DNA of 64,000 bases from Macrostomum lignano (GCA_002269645.1 NIVC01000142.1:496001-560000); one strand, 5' to 3'; shown: positions 11,101 through 39,558, numbered from the stretch's first letter. Numbers and translations: made by a program. The notes: generated by a model from the sequence alone, not told the origin.

Positions 11101-14100
11101 GGAGCAGCGGTTAATCGCGGCTGAGGCTCGAGCCGTAGAAGCGGAACTGGTTGCGGCAGAAGCTGCTCAGGGGGCAAAGCCAGCTGCTGCTGGCGGCGAG
11201 GCACTGGACATGCAGGTATTCGGTATCGAAGCTGATGAATCAGGCGCTGGAGATACGGAGCAGTCGGTTGGCAACGCGGAATCGCGTATCGAGCAAGCTG
11301 AATTGCGCGCCAAGGAAGCGGAAGCTCGCTTAACCTATTTTCAGACGCGCGCCACAGAAGCAGAAGCACTGGTCATTGAAGAGCGGAAGCGCGCCAAGGA
11401 AGCAGAGGCGCGCAACGCGGAGGCGGAAACGCGCGCTAAAGAAGCGGAAGCGCTCATTTTGGAAGAGCGGGGCCGCACCTCGGAAGCAGTGGAGCGCGCC
11501 ACTGAAGCCACGAATCGCTCATTGGAATCGGAGACTCGCGCTTTGGAAGCGGAAGCTCGCTTAACCAGCTTAGAGACAAGCGTCTCGGAAGCGGAAGACC
11601 TTGTCATCGAAGAGCGGAAGCGCGCTGCGGAAGCCGAGACGCGCGCCACGGAAGCAGAAACGCGTGCTACGAAAGCTGAAACACGCGTTACAGAAGCGGA
11701 AGCGCTCATCATCGAAGAGCAGAAGCGCGCTACGGAAGCAGAAACGCGTGCCGCGGAAGTGGAAACGCGTGTCACAGTAGCAGAATCGCGCGCTGAAGAA
11801 GCGGAAAAACGCGCTGTAGAAGCAGAAACGTGCGCTGAAAAAGCGGAAGCGCTCGTCATTGAAGAACGAAAGCGCGCCAAAGAAATACAAAACCGCTTAT
11901 TGGAATCGGAAACTCGTGCTTCGGAAGCAGAATCTCGCTTAACCGAGTTACAAACTGATGTCATGAAAGCAGAGACGCGCGCCACGGAAGCAGAAGCTCG
12001 CTTAACGGAATCGGAGACTCGCGCCAAAGAAATAGAAGCTCGTACGTCGGAAGCGGAACAGCGCGCTACGGAAGCGGAACAGCGCGCCACAGAGGCGGAT
12101 AATCGAGCCACGGAAGCGGAACAGCGACTTGCCGAAGCGGAAAAGCGCGCCACAGACGCCGGCTCCGACGCGTCCGGCAGTCCGAACAAATCCGACGCCA
12201 CGCTGATACCGGCCACGGAGGAGCAGCAGCGCCGCCTGGCCTGGACCGAGGCCCGGCTGTTGGACGCCGAGGCTCGAGCCGCGGCAGCAGCTGAGGAGTC
12301 TGACTCGATGCACGCCCGCTTCACCGAGCTGGCCGCAGCCGAGGCCGAGCTGCGCAATGAGCTGGCCAATCTGAGGCCGCTGCTGGAGGCCAGCGGTTTG
12401 GAGGCCATCAGACTGCAGGAGGAAAATGCCAAGCTGATTGCGGAGCTGGAAGAGTTCAGGTTGGGCGCTTTGGGTTTTTAGGGTGTAGTGTCGTCAGGGT
12501 CATGCGTACTTACATGTATATCATCAGGGCTCAATTATTGATTAACTTTTGTCATCGAGGGTCATAAATATTTATTAACTTGGGTCATCCACGGTCATAA
12601 ATATTGGTTAATTTACGTTCTCAGAGGTCATAAACATTAATTAATTTAGGTCAACAATGGTCATAAACATTGGTTAATTTAGGTCATCAGGGGTCATAAA
12701 CATTGGTTAATTTAGGTCATCGGGGGTCATAAACATTGGTTAATTTAGGTCATCGGGGGTCATAAACATTGGTTAATTTAGGTCATCAGGGGTCATAAAC
12801 ATTGGTTAATTTAGGTCATCAGGGGTCATAAACATTGGTTAATTTAGGTCATCAGGGGTCATAAACATTGGTTAATTTAGGTCATCAGGGGTCATAAACA
12901 TTGGTTAATTTAGGTCATCAGGGGTCATAAACATTGGTTAATTTAGGTCATCAGGGATCATAAACATTGGTTAATTTAGGTCATCAGGGGTCATAAACAT
13001 TGGTTAATTTAGGTCATCTGGGGTCAATAAACATTGGTTAATTTAGGTCATCAGGGGTCATAAACATTGGTTATTTTAGGTCTTCAGGGGTCATAAATAT
13101 TGGTTAATTTAGGCCTTCTGGGTCATAAATGTTGGTTAATTGAGGTTATCATAGGTCATAAAAATTTAATAAGCTATACGTGTAGACAGCCTTGTACATT
13201 GTTAGTTTTCTAAAGAAAAATATTTTTCAAATCGTTACAAAGCATCAGCCCTAAAAGCCAGCTGTCTAGCTTATTTTCGAATTAAAAGTACATCATGCAC
13301 TCCCCACCCGACAAACGACAGGGAGCGCACCAGCAAGTACTGGTCGGAGGGCAGGCGCGGCGTGATCAACTCTGAGGTGCTCCGCCTGCAATCCGAACTG
13401 GACGAAGCTCTCGGCCAGCTGTCCAGAGAGCGGGCCGACCGAGCCCAGCTGATGTCGCTGGCCGAGGAGGAGAACGCCAGGCTGCTCGCCCAGCTGGAGC
13501 AGCTCGAGTCCGCCCGCTCGGCCGCTGCCGCGCCTCCGCCAGCGCCAACTCCGCCGCCTCCGCCGCCGCCGCAACCGCAGCCGTCAAAGCCGTCGGTCCG
13601 GACGGCCTGCACGCAGACGTTCGCCGGCTCCGAATGGATTGTGAAGGTCAGCTCGTCCACCATAACTTGCCCGGAGCTCAGGCGGCTGCAGCTTGACGAA
13701 ACCTGCCTGCACTCGGCTGTGCAGACTGAGCGAGTGGCGGCCACCTCGCTCGATGCCCCGGCCGATGTCGAATGCCAGACTGCCATTGACAGCCTCGAGC
13801 TGCACCGTCTGGAAGGCCTGGCGGCTCGCCTGACGGACTCGGAGGCTGCGGCGGCCGGGCTGGAGTCGCGCCTGGCCGAAGCCAGCGAACAGCTCCTGGC
13901 CGAGCGGCGTCGGGTCGCCGCCGCCTTCAACGACATCGCCGCCCTGTACGAGCTGTCCGACGCCAGGAAACGGGAGCGGGACCGCATGGCCGCCAACTAC
14001 AGCCGGGCGCATCGTCTGTGCCGCCGGGCAATCGCCAAGGCCTCAAATTTGAAGGCCAAGCTGCAGGTTCAGTTAGCCGAAGGCCGAACAATGTCCCTAG

Positions 14101-15710
14101 CCGACTACCATCAGCTTTTCAAGGCCGAAGATTGCGGCGGCGACAATGCCGAGCTGCACCGCGAGCTGGCCGACGCTACCGACGCTTTGGCCGACCTGCG
14201 GCGTGCGCTGGACAAGCGAGATTATTCTGACGAGGCCGGCGAGACAGACTATCGAGCTCTGCTCATGACTGTACTGCAGGCCATCAGCTGCCGCGACCAG
14301 GGCGTCCGCGTGGACCTCTTCCTCAGCCTGGACTCGGCTGTCAAATCGGACGAACGGCAGGCCGATCTGCGCCGGGCATTCTACGACGCCGTCGAAGCTG
14401 TCTCTGGCGCCGAGTACGAACTCAGGCGGCTCAACGATAAAATTGAATCGTTGAAATCCGAGCTCAACCAAGTGGCCGCTATGCCGGACGAGATTGACAG
14501 CTCAGCGGCTTCGAAGCTACAGGCTGAGCTGGCTGACGCCGCGGAGCGAGCCGCAGCTGCCGAGTCTCGCTGTTCTCAGCTGGAAAATCGGCTGCAAGCG
14601 ACTGCTGAGCAGGTGGCAACTGTTGAGGCTAAGCTTGAGTCGGCTCAGACTCGAGCTGACGCTGCCGAATGCCGCTGTTCGGAGCTCAACAAGCAGCTGT
14701 CGATTGTTGCCGAGCGAGCGGCGGCATCCGAGACGGCGGCGGAGCGCTCGACAGCGGAATCGGACGAGCTTCGGTCTCGCTGCCAGCGGCTGACTGAGGA
14801 ACTGGCGACTCTCGATGAGAAGAGCGGCCGGATGGGTTTGGCCTTTTCGGCCATTGTGGAGCGCGCCCAGGCCTGCCAGCACTGCGCCGCCGTTGTTCGT
14901 CGCCACGTTGTGCCGTCGCGCGCCACCGGACGCAACTCCGGCGAGGAGGTGTCGGCCGCCGCCGGCGGCAAGCAGCGTCGCTCCGGGGGGCCGCCGGTTG
15001 CTCGACTGCCCGTGCCGAACTCGGCAGCACAGCCGGTAGCTTCTGCCGCAGCGGTCACTGCTAGACTTCCTGGGACTGCCTCGGTCAAGTATTTTCCTCC
15101 GCCTCCCCCGCCTGCGGCCAGGGAATACAAAGACTCCACCAGCTCGATGCTCAAGGAGAACAAAGACTCCACCACCTCGATGCTCAAGGAGAACAAAGAC
15201 TCTACCAGCTCGATGCTCAAGGAGAACAAAGACTCTACCAGCTCGATGCTCAAGGAGAACAAAGACTCTACCAGCTCGATGCTCAAGGAGAACAAAGACT
15301 CTACCAGCTCGATGCTCAAGGAGAACAAAGACTCCACGAGCTCGATGCTCAAGGAAAACAAAGACTCCACGAGCTCGATGGTCAAGGCGCACACGGACTC
15401 CTTCAGTTCTATGTGCAAAGAAAACAAAGAGCCTACTAGCTATTTAAGTAAACAGAACAAAGACTCGGCCAGCACCGTATCCAAAGCGAAGGTTGATTTA
15501 ACCGGTTCAGTATCGATAGAGAACAAAGATTCAGCCAGTCCGCCAGTGTCCAGGGAGGCCGGTGGCGTAGCCAAGGCAACCGCAGAGCTATCAGGGAGGG
15601 CGTCATCAGCCGCAGCAGCAGAAGATGAAGGCGCACTAGCGGCTGACCCGTCAGGCAAGTACCAGATCCCCGAGTCTGCCCGCAACGATCCCCTTTGCAG
15701 GCAGTCTTAA
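5180..15710 (+). CDS. CENPE: CENP-E-like kinesin-7 motor protein, 10 coding exons, 1998 aa
   Basis: Exons 5180-5324, 5401-5603, 5766-5967, 6263-6384, 7180-7316, 7429-7555, 8357-8637, 9689-10265, 10646-12459, 13322-15710. All junctions GT-AG and phase-compatible (total 5997 nt). Motifs: VVVRLRP, P-loop GQTSSGKT, switch I NERSSRSH, switch [24 protein letters not shown] neck, long coiled coil. N-terminal motor resembles CENP-E (recalled similarity, no search run). Confidence 0.88.
6025..6200. repeat. About 28-bp tandem repeat (CTCAGTTRCTGGGCCAGCCTCYCAGAYC) in kinesin intron 3
   Basis: About 6 imperfect copies visible. Confidence 0.85.
6430..7070. repeat. 21-bp tandem repeat (CAGATCTATCAGATTCCACAG) in kinesin intron 4
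   Basis: About 30 copies; explains the 7-aa periodic ORFs in several frames. Confidence 0.95.
7595..8350. repeat. 22-bp tandem repeat (CCACAGAAATCCAAACCCAGTT) in kinesin intron 6
   Basis: About 34 copies, ending just before the acceptor at 8356. Confidence 0.95.
8670..9580. repeat. 20-bp tandem repeat in kinesin intron 7, two sub-arrays (ATCCTTCAGTTAAACCTCTG, then ATCCTTCAGTCTAACCCCTG / AACCTCCAGTCTAACCCCTG)
   Basis: About 45 copies; variant switch near 9040. Confidence 0.95.
10280..10585. repeat. 29-bp then 31-bp related tandem repeats in kinesin intron 8
   Basis: GCTGAGGTGTGTGGGCGGAGGTTCGGCTA followed by GCTCAGATAGGTGTGTGCAGAGGTTCAGGCA. Confidence 0.9.
12530..13160. repeat. 33-bp tandem repeat (GGTCATAAACATTGGTTAATTTAGGTCATCAGG) in kinesin intron 9
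   Basis: About 19 copies, degenerate at the edges. Confidence 0.95.
15123..15545 (+). repeat. Coding 33-bp (11-aa) repeat [11 protein letters not shown] in the kinesin tail
   Basis: 8 near-perfect plus about 5 degenerate units inside the 13362-15710 ORF. Confidence 0.9.
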
Positions 15711-16194
15711 CAGGAAGCACAAACTATTGAACCGATGCGCAGTACAATAATCTAACCTTTAATTCCCGTCTCAGTAGCGGTCTTATCTCCGAATGATTCA
15801 ATCTTAGGCAGCGCCCAAGCCCTACTATTAACTGTACAATAAAAACTAATCGTACTTGAAACTTAATTTTCTCAGTTTAATTTATTTTCTTATTTTTAGT
15901 CCACTTGCTATCGTTGCTATTGGAATATTTGAATTATTTTCAATTCCAAGAAATTGCAGTTTTGGTGCTCAATACTTGCTGCATTTTGTGTGGGAGGCAT
16001 TTGAACTCTTTTTTAATCAATTCATTATTCTTGTGTTTGTTTATTTACCAGCAATAAAACAGTCTTGTTAATCAGTCGGCTTCACTGCTAACAATATTTA
16101 TTGTGCTATTTAAAATTTTAAATGGCTTCATTTGCTGGCATCCAATTTGTAGAGTTTGCTTTGAGTCAACTTCTAGCAAATACTGTTTGACCAC

Positions 16195-17750
16195 TGGTAC
16201 TGATGATGGACAGGTGCTGACACTGTTAGATGGACAAGTGCTGACACAGACACTGTTGATGGACAGGTGCTGACACAGACACTGTTGATGGACAGGTGCT
16301 GACACAGACACTCTTGATGGACAGGTGCTGACACACACTGATGATGAACAGGTGCTGACACACACTGATGATGGACAGGTGCTGACACTGTTAGATGGAC
16401 AGCTGCTGGCACTGTTAAATGGACAGCTGCTGGCACAGACACTGATGATGGACAGGTGCTGACACTGTTAGATGGACAGCTGCTGGCACTGTTAGATGGA
16501 CAGGTGCTGGCACAGACACTGATGATGGACAGGTGCTGGCACAGACACTGATGATGGACAGGTGCTGGCACTGTTGATGGACACGTGCTGACACTGTTGA
16601 TCGACAGGTGCTGACACTGTTAGATGGACAGGTGCTGACACTGTTGATCGACAGGTGCTGACACTGTTAGATGGACAGGTGCTGACACTGTTGATCGACA
16701 GGTGCTGACACTGTTAGATGGAAGCTGCTGGCACTGTTAGATGGACAGCTGCTGGCACTGTTAGATAGACAGGTGCTGGCACTGTTAGATGGACAGGTGC
16801 TGGCACAGACACTGATGATGGACAGGTGCTGGCACTGTTGATGGACACGTGCTGACACTGTTAGATGGACACGTGCTGACACTGTTAGATGGACAGGTGC
16901 TGGCACAGACACTGATGGTGGACAGGTGCTGACACTGTTGATGGACACGTGCTGACACTGTTAGATGGACAGCTGCTGGCACTGTTAGATGGACAGGTGC
17001 TGGCACAGACACTGATGATGGACAGGTGCTGGCACTGTTAGATGGACAGGTGCTGGCACAGACACTGATGATGGACAGGTGCTGGCACTGTTAGATGGAC
17101 AGATGCTGCCACTGTTAGATGGACAGCTGCTGGCACTGTTAGATGGACAGGTGCTGGCACAGACACTGATGATGGACAGGTGCTGGCACTGTTAGATGGA
17201 CAGATGCTGCCACTGTTAGATGGACAGCTGCTGGCACTGTTAGATGGACAGGTGCTGGCACAGACACTGATGATGGACAGGTGCTGACACTGTTAGATGG
17301 ACAGGTGCTGACACTGTTGATGGACAGGTGCTGACACTGTTGATGGACAGGTGCTGACACAGACACTCTTGATGGACAGGTGCTGACACAGACACTCTTG
17401 ATGGACAGGTGCTGACACACACTGATGATGAACAGGTGCTGACACACACTGATGATGGACAGGTGCTGACACTGTTAGATGGAAGCTGCTGGCACTGTTA
17501 GATGGACAGCTGCTGGCACTGTTAGATGGACAGGTGCTGGCACAGACACTGATGATGGACAGGTGCTGGCACAGACACTGATGATGGACAGGTGCTGACA
17601 CTGTTAGATGGACAGTTGCTGACACTGTTAGATGGACAGGTGCTGGCACAGACACTGATATGGACAGGTGCTGACACTGTTAGATGGACAGGTGCTGGCA
17701 CAGACACTGATGATGGACAAGTGCTGACACTGTTACATGGACAGGTGCTG
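16195..17750. repeat. Complex 23-29-bp tandem repeat (GATGGACAGGTGCTGACACTGTTA and variants), intergenic
   Basis: About 60 units, most containing CAGGTG or CAGCTG. Confidence 0.95.
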
Positions 17751-17754
17751 TTGT

Positions 17755-18210
17755 CTGTTGTCTGTTGAGTATGGCAGATCATGTCTCATCTTGCTGTCAG
17801 CTGTCTGTTGAGTATGGCAGATCATGTCTCATCTTGCTGTCCGAGCTGTGTCTGTTGAGTATGGCAGATCATGTCTCATCTTGCTGTCAGCTGTCTGTTG
17901 AGTATGGCAGATCATGTCTCATCTTGCTGTCAGCTGTCTGTTGAGTATGGCAGATCATGTCTCATCTTGCTGTCCGAGCTGTGTCTGTTGAGTATGGCAG
18001 ATCATGTCTCATCTTGCTGTCCGAGCTGTGTCTGTTGAGTATGGCAGATCATGCCTCATCTTGCTGTCAGAGCTGTGTCTGTTGAGTATGGCAGATCATG
18101 TCTCATCTTGCTGTCAGAGCTGTGTCTGTTGAGTATGGCAGATCATGTCTCATCTTGCTGTCCGAGCTGTGTCTGTTGAGTATGGCAGATCATGTCTCAT
18201 CTTGCTGTCT
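17755..18210. repeat. 43/47-bp tandem repeat (CTGTCTGTTGAGTATGGCAGATCATGTCTCATCTTGCTGTCAG)
   Basis: About 10 copies. Confidence 0.95.
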
Positions 18211-18951
18211 CTCGCCCATTCCCAAAGCACATGTTCTGCACCAGAATTGTTTTAAATTGATCTGGAGTATCGCTTATACTTTCTGCCTCTAAAGTTGTTG
18301 AGTGGCTACGGGAACATGCGCAGCATATGCAAGCGTTTTATCGACCAGGCACTTCAGCATGCATTTCCCGTTCCACTTGGGCTTCCTTTGTAAAATCTAT
18401 CGTGGGGGCTCCCGGATCAGCGACTGCATGCGGTCTCGCGCTAGCAAAGCTGTGAGTCAGTGAGCCTGCAAGTCAGCAACACTGCGGCTATCCACTGTGC
18501 AGGCCAGCCATTGGCGTCACTATTGGCAACGCTGCTATCGGTAGTGACTGCAATTCGCCCTATACCTGTATGCGTCCCAGGCGCATCGACCGGAGCGGGG
18601 CAAATTGCATTTTTAAGCTGACAAAATGCTTCCCCTCCGGCGTGCAGAGCGCTGGGGGGAGGCTCACTCTGAATAGGCAGACGGGCGGCTTTGAGCTACC
18701 AGTGCCTGCAGCAGCCAGTCAGGCCGAGGGTACAGAGTCGCTCGATAACCATACGCTTGAAACAACAAAACTACCCCCAACTGCCTCTCCCCTCCAATTC
18801 TCAGGTGCTACAAAGCCCCAGCCCCACTGAGCAGAGCTAAACCAAAAAACCGGCCCTTCCAGTTATACACCTGGCCTGATCTGGGAAGTAGCTCATTGCT
18901 GCATGCAAGTGACAGTAGTCGGACAGGCTGCTGGTTAGCTAGGCTAAGCGC

Positions 18952-34393
<15,442 letters not shown>

Positions 34394-34572
34394 TTGAGTC
34401 TGACTCTCGCGCTAGGACCCGTGTTCAATTCCGCGCGCGGCCATATACATTTGGAGCCCCCCCTCCAGGCACAGAATGCACAGACGATGCAAATTTGTAT
34501 TTTAATAGAGCATGGTGTGAGCCTTTTATTGCTCTCTTCAGAGCTCTCTGATGGGTGGCATATCTACCTCAT

Positions 34573-35222
34573 TTAAAAGCCCGTCAGTTGCTTCTGGTTT
34601 GTGCCATAGACTAGCCAGCATTATCTGGGCTTTGCTCAACTCTGTGTCCAAATTAAAAGCCCGTCAGTTGCTTCTGGTTTGTGCCATAGACTAGCCAGCA
34701 TTATCTGGGCTTTGCTCAACTCTGTGTCCAAATTAAAAGCCCGTCAGTTGCTTCTGGTTTGTGCCATAGACTAGCCAGCATTATCTGGGCTTTGCTCAAC
34801 TCTGTGTCCAAATTAAAAGCCCGTCAGTTGCTTCTGGTTTGTGCCATAGACTAGCCAGCATTATCTGGGCTTTGCTCAACTCTGTGTCCAAATTAAAAGC
34901 CCGTCAGTTGCTTCTGGTTTGTGCCATAGACTAGCCAGCATTATCTGGGCTTTGCTCAACTCTGTGTCCAAATTAAAAGCCCGTCAGTTGCTTCTGGTTT
35001 GTGCCATAGACTAGCCAGCATTATCTGGGCTTTGCTCAACTCTGTGTCCAAATTAAAAGCCCGTCAGTTGCTTCTGGTTTGTGCCATAGACTAGCCAGCA
35101 TTATCTGGGCTTTGCTCAACTCTGTGTCCAAATTAAAAGCCCGTCAGTTGCTTCTGGTTTGTGCCATAGACTAGCCAGCATTCTCTGGGCTTTGCTCAAC
35201 TCTGTGTCCAAATTAAAAGCCC
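34573..35222. repeat. 80-bp tandem repeat, about 8 nearly identical copies
   Basis: CCGTCAGTTG recurs at 34581, 34661, 34741 and onward. Confidence 0.97.
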
Positions 35223-36049
35223 GCGGTCCAAACTAGAACACAAAAAGCTATAGTTGAACTGGCAGTCGCTGAGACTGAGAGCTGGCATTTCTCAGTCACG
35301 TAGTCTATGGTACAAGCACAGCATATAACTTTATTGACATTCAAGTATATTGAAGCATATTGCATAATCCAGAATTTAGTTCTGAAAATACCTGTAAATA
35401 TGCTAATGAATTTTTTCAGCGAGACCATAGGGCTGCTGGTCGACTCAAGTGTAAAGATGAGGCAGTTGAGTGGCCATTCTGTTGAGTTATTTCTGCTAGG
35501 AGCTAGGGTGCGGGATAAACTGGCTTCTGTCAGCTGCCTGTTGCCGCTGCGGGCTTGTGCCTCATATCAGGGTTGGGCATCTGTTCTACCCGCATGGCAA
35601 CATGCTCAAATGAAGGCAGCAGGGTGAGACTGGAGGGGCTCGGCGGTGGTCCTCCTGCAGCTTGAGTTGGATGTCACAGTGAGTCAGCGTAGCTGCTGTG
35701 GGGGGGGTGGATCTGTGCGGGAATTCTGCAAAATGCTCTAAATTATTCAAGTGCCCAGCGGGATACCTCACTGAGGAACTGTCTGACAGGTAGCTGGGAA
35801 GCCAGCTGTGGCAGACTGCTCAGCAGTCAATTCAATTCATAGTGGGGTTTGGGATACAGAAGTAACTAGGCTCCCGCGTGTGGCTGCTTTGCGCTTCCCG
35901 CTCTGTTTGAAGCTCTCAAAAGCTTTCAACCCCGCGCCGCTACGCCCCCATCATTCCCACTTGTGATGGCCATCTTTTTGTTGAAGTTTTTTTATCAAGT
36001 CTATTCATGGGTGAAAATTCAGATCTTTCCTCGAGTCCTGTGAACTTGC

Positions 36050-37895
36050 AGGAGTGAGTTGGGTGCAGGAGTGAGGTGGGTGCTTTATTGAAGTGGGTGC
36101 TTTATTGAGGTGGGTGCTTTATTGAGGTGGGTGCTTTATTGAGGTGGGTGCTTTATTGAGGTGGGTGCTTTATTGAGGTGGGTGCTTTATTGAGGTGGGT
36201 GCTTTATTGAGGTGGGTGCTTTATTGAGGTGGGTGCTTTATTGAGGTGGGTGCTTTATTGAGGTGGGTGCTTTATTGAGGTGGGTGCTTTATTGAGGTGG
36301 GTGCTTTATTGAGTTGGGTGCAGGAGTGAGGTGGGTGCTTTATTGAGGTGGGTGCTTTATTGAGGTGGGTGCTTTATTGAGGTGGGTGCTTTATTGAGGT
36401 GGGTGCTTTATTGAGGTGGGTGCTTTATTGAGGTGGGTGCTTTATTGAGGTGGGTGCTTTATTGAGGTGGGTGCTTTATTGAGGTGGGTGCTTTATTGAG
36501 GTGGGTGCTTTATTGAGGTGGGTGCTTTATTGAGGTGGGTGCTTTATTGAGGTGGGTGCTTTATTGAGGTGGGTGCTTTATTGAGGTGGGTGCTTTATTG
36601 AGGTGGGTGCAGGAGTGATGGTGGGCGTCGGAGTGAGGTGGGTGCAGTAGTGAGGTGGGTGTAGGAGTGAGGTAGGTGCAGGAGTGAGGTGGGTGCAGGA
36701 GTGAGGTGGGTGGATGAGTGAGGTGGGTGCAGGATTGAGGTGGGTGCAGTAGTGAAATGGGTGCAGGAGTGAGGTGTGTGCAGGAGTGAGGTGGGCGTCG
36801 GAGTGAGGTGGGTGCAGTAGTGAGGTGGGTGCAGTAGTGAGGTGGGTGCTTTATTGAAGTGGGTGCTTTATTGAGGTGGGTGCTTTATTGAGGTGGGTGC
36901 TTTATTGAGGTGGGTGCTTTATTGAGGTGGGTGCTTTATTGAGGTGGGTGCTTTATTGAGGTGGGTGCTTTATTGAGGTGGGTGCTTTATTGAGGTGGGT
37001 GCTTTATTGAGGTGGGTGCTTTATTGAGTTGGGTGCAGGAGTGAGGTGGGTGCTTTATTGAGGTGGGTGCTTTATTGAGGTGGGTGCTTTATTGAGGTGG
37101 GTGCTTTATTGAGGTGGGTGCTTTATTGAGGTGGGTGCTTTATTGAGGTGGGTGCTTTATTGAGGTGGGTGCTTTATTGAGGTGGGTGCTTTATTGAGGT
37201 GGGTGCTTTATTGAGGTGGGTGCTTTATTGAGGTGGGTGCTTTATTGAGGTGGGTGCTTTATTGAAGTGGGTGCTTTATTGAGGTGGGTGCTTTATTGAG
37301 GTGGGTGCTTTATTGAAGTGGGTGCTTTATTGAGGTGGGTGCTTTATTGAGTTGGGTGCAGGAGTGAGGTGGGTGCTTTATTGAGGTGGGTGCTTTATTG
37401 AGGTGGGTGCTTTATTGAGGTGGGTGCTTTATTGAGGTGGGTGCTTTATTGAGGTGGGTGCTTTATTGAGGTGGGTGCTTTATTGAGGTGGGTGCAGGAG
37501 TGATGGTGGGCGTCGGAGTGAGGTGGGTGCAGTAGTGAGGTGGGTGTAGGAGTGAGGTAGGTGCAGGAGTGAGGTGGGTGCAGGAGTGAGGTGGGTGGAT
37601 GAGTGAGGTGGGTGCAGGATTGAGGTGGGTGCAGTAGTGAAATGGGTGCAGGAGTGAGGTGTGTGCAGGAGTGAGGTGGGCGTCGGAGTGAGGTGGGTGC
37701 AGTAGTGAGGTGGGTGCAGTAGTGAGGTGGGTGCAGGAGTGAGGTGGGTGCAGGAGTGAGGTGGGTGCAGGAGTGATGTGGGTGCAGGAGTGATGTGGGT
37801 GCAGGAGTGATGTGGGTGCGGGAGTGAGGTGGGTGCGGGAGTGAGGTGGTTTCAGGAGTGAGGTGGGTGCAGGATTGAGGTGGGTGCAGGAGTGA
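36050..37895. repeat. 17-bp G-rich satellite (TGAGGTGGGTGCTTTAT / TGAGGTGGGTGCAGGAG) with a higher-order duplication
   Basis: About 105 units; the variant block at 36601 is repeated at 37486. Confidence 0.96.
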
Positions 37896-38008
37896 TGTAA
37901 TTTGCTACAGAGACCCAAAGCACCTACTGCAAGTTGCATGTTGACTGGCCTCTCTAACTAGACCCCGACTCAACCTCCGACATCTCACATCCTCGCGTTG
38001 CACCGCAG

Positions 38009-38251
38009 CACGAGGAGCGCAGCCGGCAGCTACTGGCCCAGGCCCAGGAGAATGATCAGCAGGTGTCGGCGGCCAAAGAGCGCCAGGCTGACGCCCTCGA
38101 GAAGCGGAAAGCCGCGCTGAAGAGCCGTCTAGCCAGCGCCAAACAGCCACAGGGCGGCGCCAATAGCAGCGCCAGCTCGGATGGCAAGAAGCCGGCCTCA
38201 GCTAAGAAGCCCTTCCCGGCGAACCCCGCCCGCCCGGGGTCCAAAAAGTGA
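38009..38251 (+). CDS. Coding exon (HEERSRQLLAQAQEND...PGSKK*), probable alternative terminal exon of the Kv gene
   Basis: Pyrimidine-rich acceptor ...GTTGCACCGCAG at 38008; open phase-0 frame to TGA at 38249-38251; GC3-rich codons; phase-compatible with the GAA|GTGAGT donor at 34339/34340. Confidence 0.55.
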   Translation, partial: HEERSRQLLAQAQENDQQVSAAKERQADALEKRKAALKSRLASAKQPQGGANSSASSDGKKPASAKKPFPANPARPGSKK

Positions 38252-38384
38252 CGTCACTTGCGCGAGACTGGATAGTAGGCTCAGGTGAGTCACTATTGCT
38301 CAACCAAGGTTTCTGACTTTGTCTCGTGGCTTTACTCTCTGTGACTTTATGATGTCTGCCTCAGTCCATCAAGCTTATCAGCCT

Positions 38385-38722
38385 CTCTTATCAGCTCTCT
38401 TATCATCCTCTCTTATCGGCTCTATTATCAGCTCTCTTATCAGCCTCTCTCTTATCAGCCTCTCTCTTATCAGCCTCTCTCTTATCAGCCTCTCTCTTAT
38501 CAGCCTCTCTCTTATCAGCCTCTCTCTTATCAGCCTCTCTCTTATCAGCCTCTCTCTTATCAGCCTCTCTCTTATCAGCCTCTCTCTTATCAGCCTCTCT
38601 CTTATCAGCCTCTCTCTTATCAGCCTCTCTCTTATCAGCCTCTCTCTTATCAGCCTCTCTCTTATCAGCCTCTCTCTTATCAGCCTCTCTCTTATCAGCC
38701 TCTCTCTTATCAGCCTCTCTCT
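38385..38722. repeat. 15-bp tandem repeat (CTTATCAGCCTCTCT) in a putative 3'-UTR intron (38285-38795)
   Basis: About 21 copies between CAG|GTGAGT at 38285 and TTCCAG at 38795. Confidence 0.9.
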
Positions 38723-39558
38723 TTATCACACAGTATATAAATGTATGTTGTCTATGCATATAATACACATTTGAATTCGTCTTTAAATATTCCAGCCACC
38801 GGACGTCACTCTGCTCAGCTTCTTGACTTACAAATGAAACTCAAAATCAGATAAATATTTTGGCAACAGAGTTACTGTTTTAACTGTGTTATGCACTGTT
38901 TGCTGTTTCATGAAGCCCTTTTTATTAACTCCAATTAACCCTTACTAAATCATTCAATTATTTTGTGCCTTCAAATTTCACCATTATTTATCTATGATAT
39001 TATAAACCTCTTAATATTTCAAAAGACGTTTCTCCTCCTAAAAGTGCCTGTTTGAAACGCACTTTTATATCTGTCTAGATGTTCCCGGATGCCGCGCACT
39101 ACTGGGCAGTAGTTTTGATGCGCGTTGAATTAATATTTTGTTTTTAATAAACAGAAATTATTCTGTGCAAAAATGTTGTTTTTATTTGCATTGCTGCTTC
39201 TTTAAAGTGTGAACAGTTGACAATGAATGAAATGAATACCGAGTCAGAAAAATAAATGCTTCACCTTGTTGTAATGCCTACGAATCAAATTTTGCGTATT
39301 ATTTATTTGCGAGGACCACTAAGAGGATAGAGCAGCACACTTGACTAGGCTGATTAAAGTAGTATAATAAGTGTTTTATGCTCAAATCATAGATAATCGC
39401 TTAAGTTTTTATAGGCGATATTTTGGCCATAATTCTAGCCTAGAAGTAGTGATCGCAAGTCATCCATGGACAGCTAAAGTCGAAGGACGCACCACAACCC
39501 CCAGCCAAAATTAATTTGGCCTTGCACGGATCGAACCATGGGCACAGACACAGGAATA

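Noticed and set aside
11341-15427. Long antisense ORFs opposite kinesin exons 9-10
   Set aside because: Shadow ORFs of GC-rich repetitive coding sequence.
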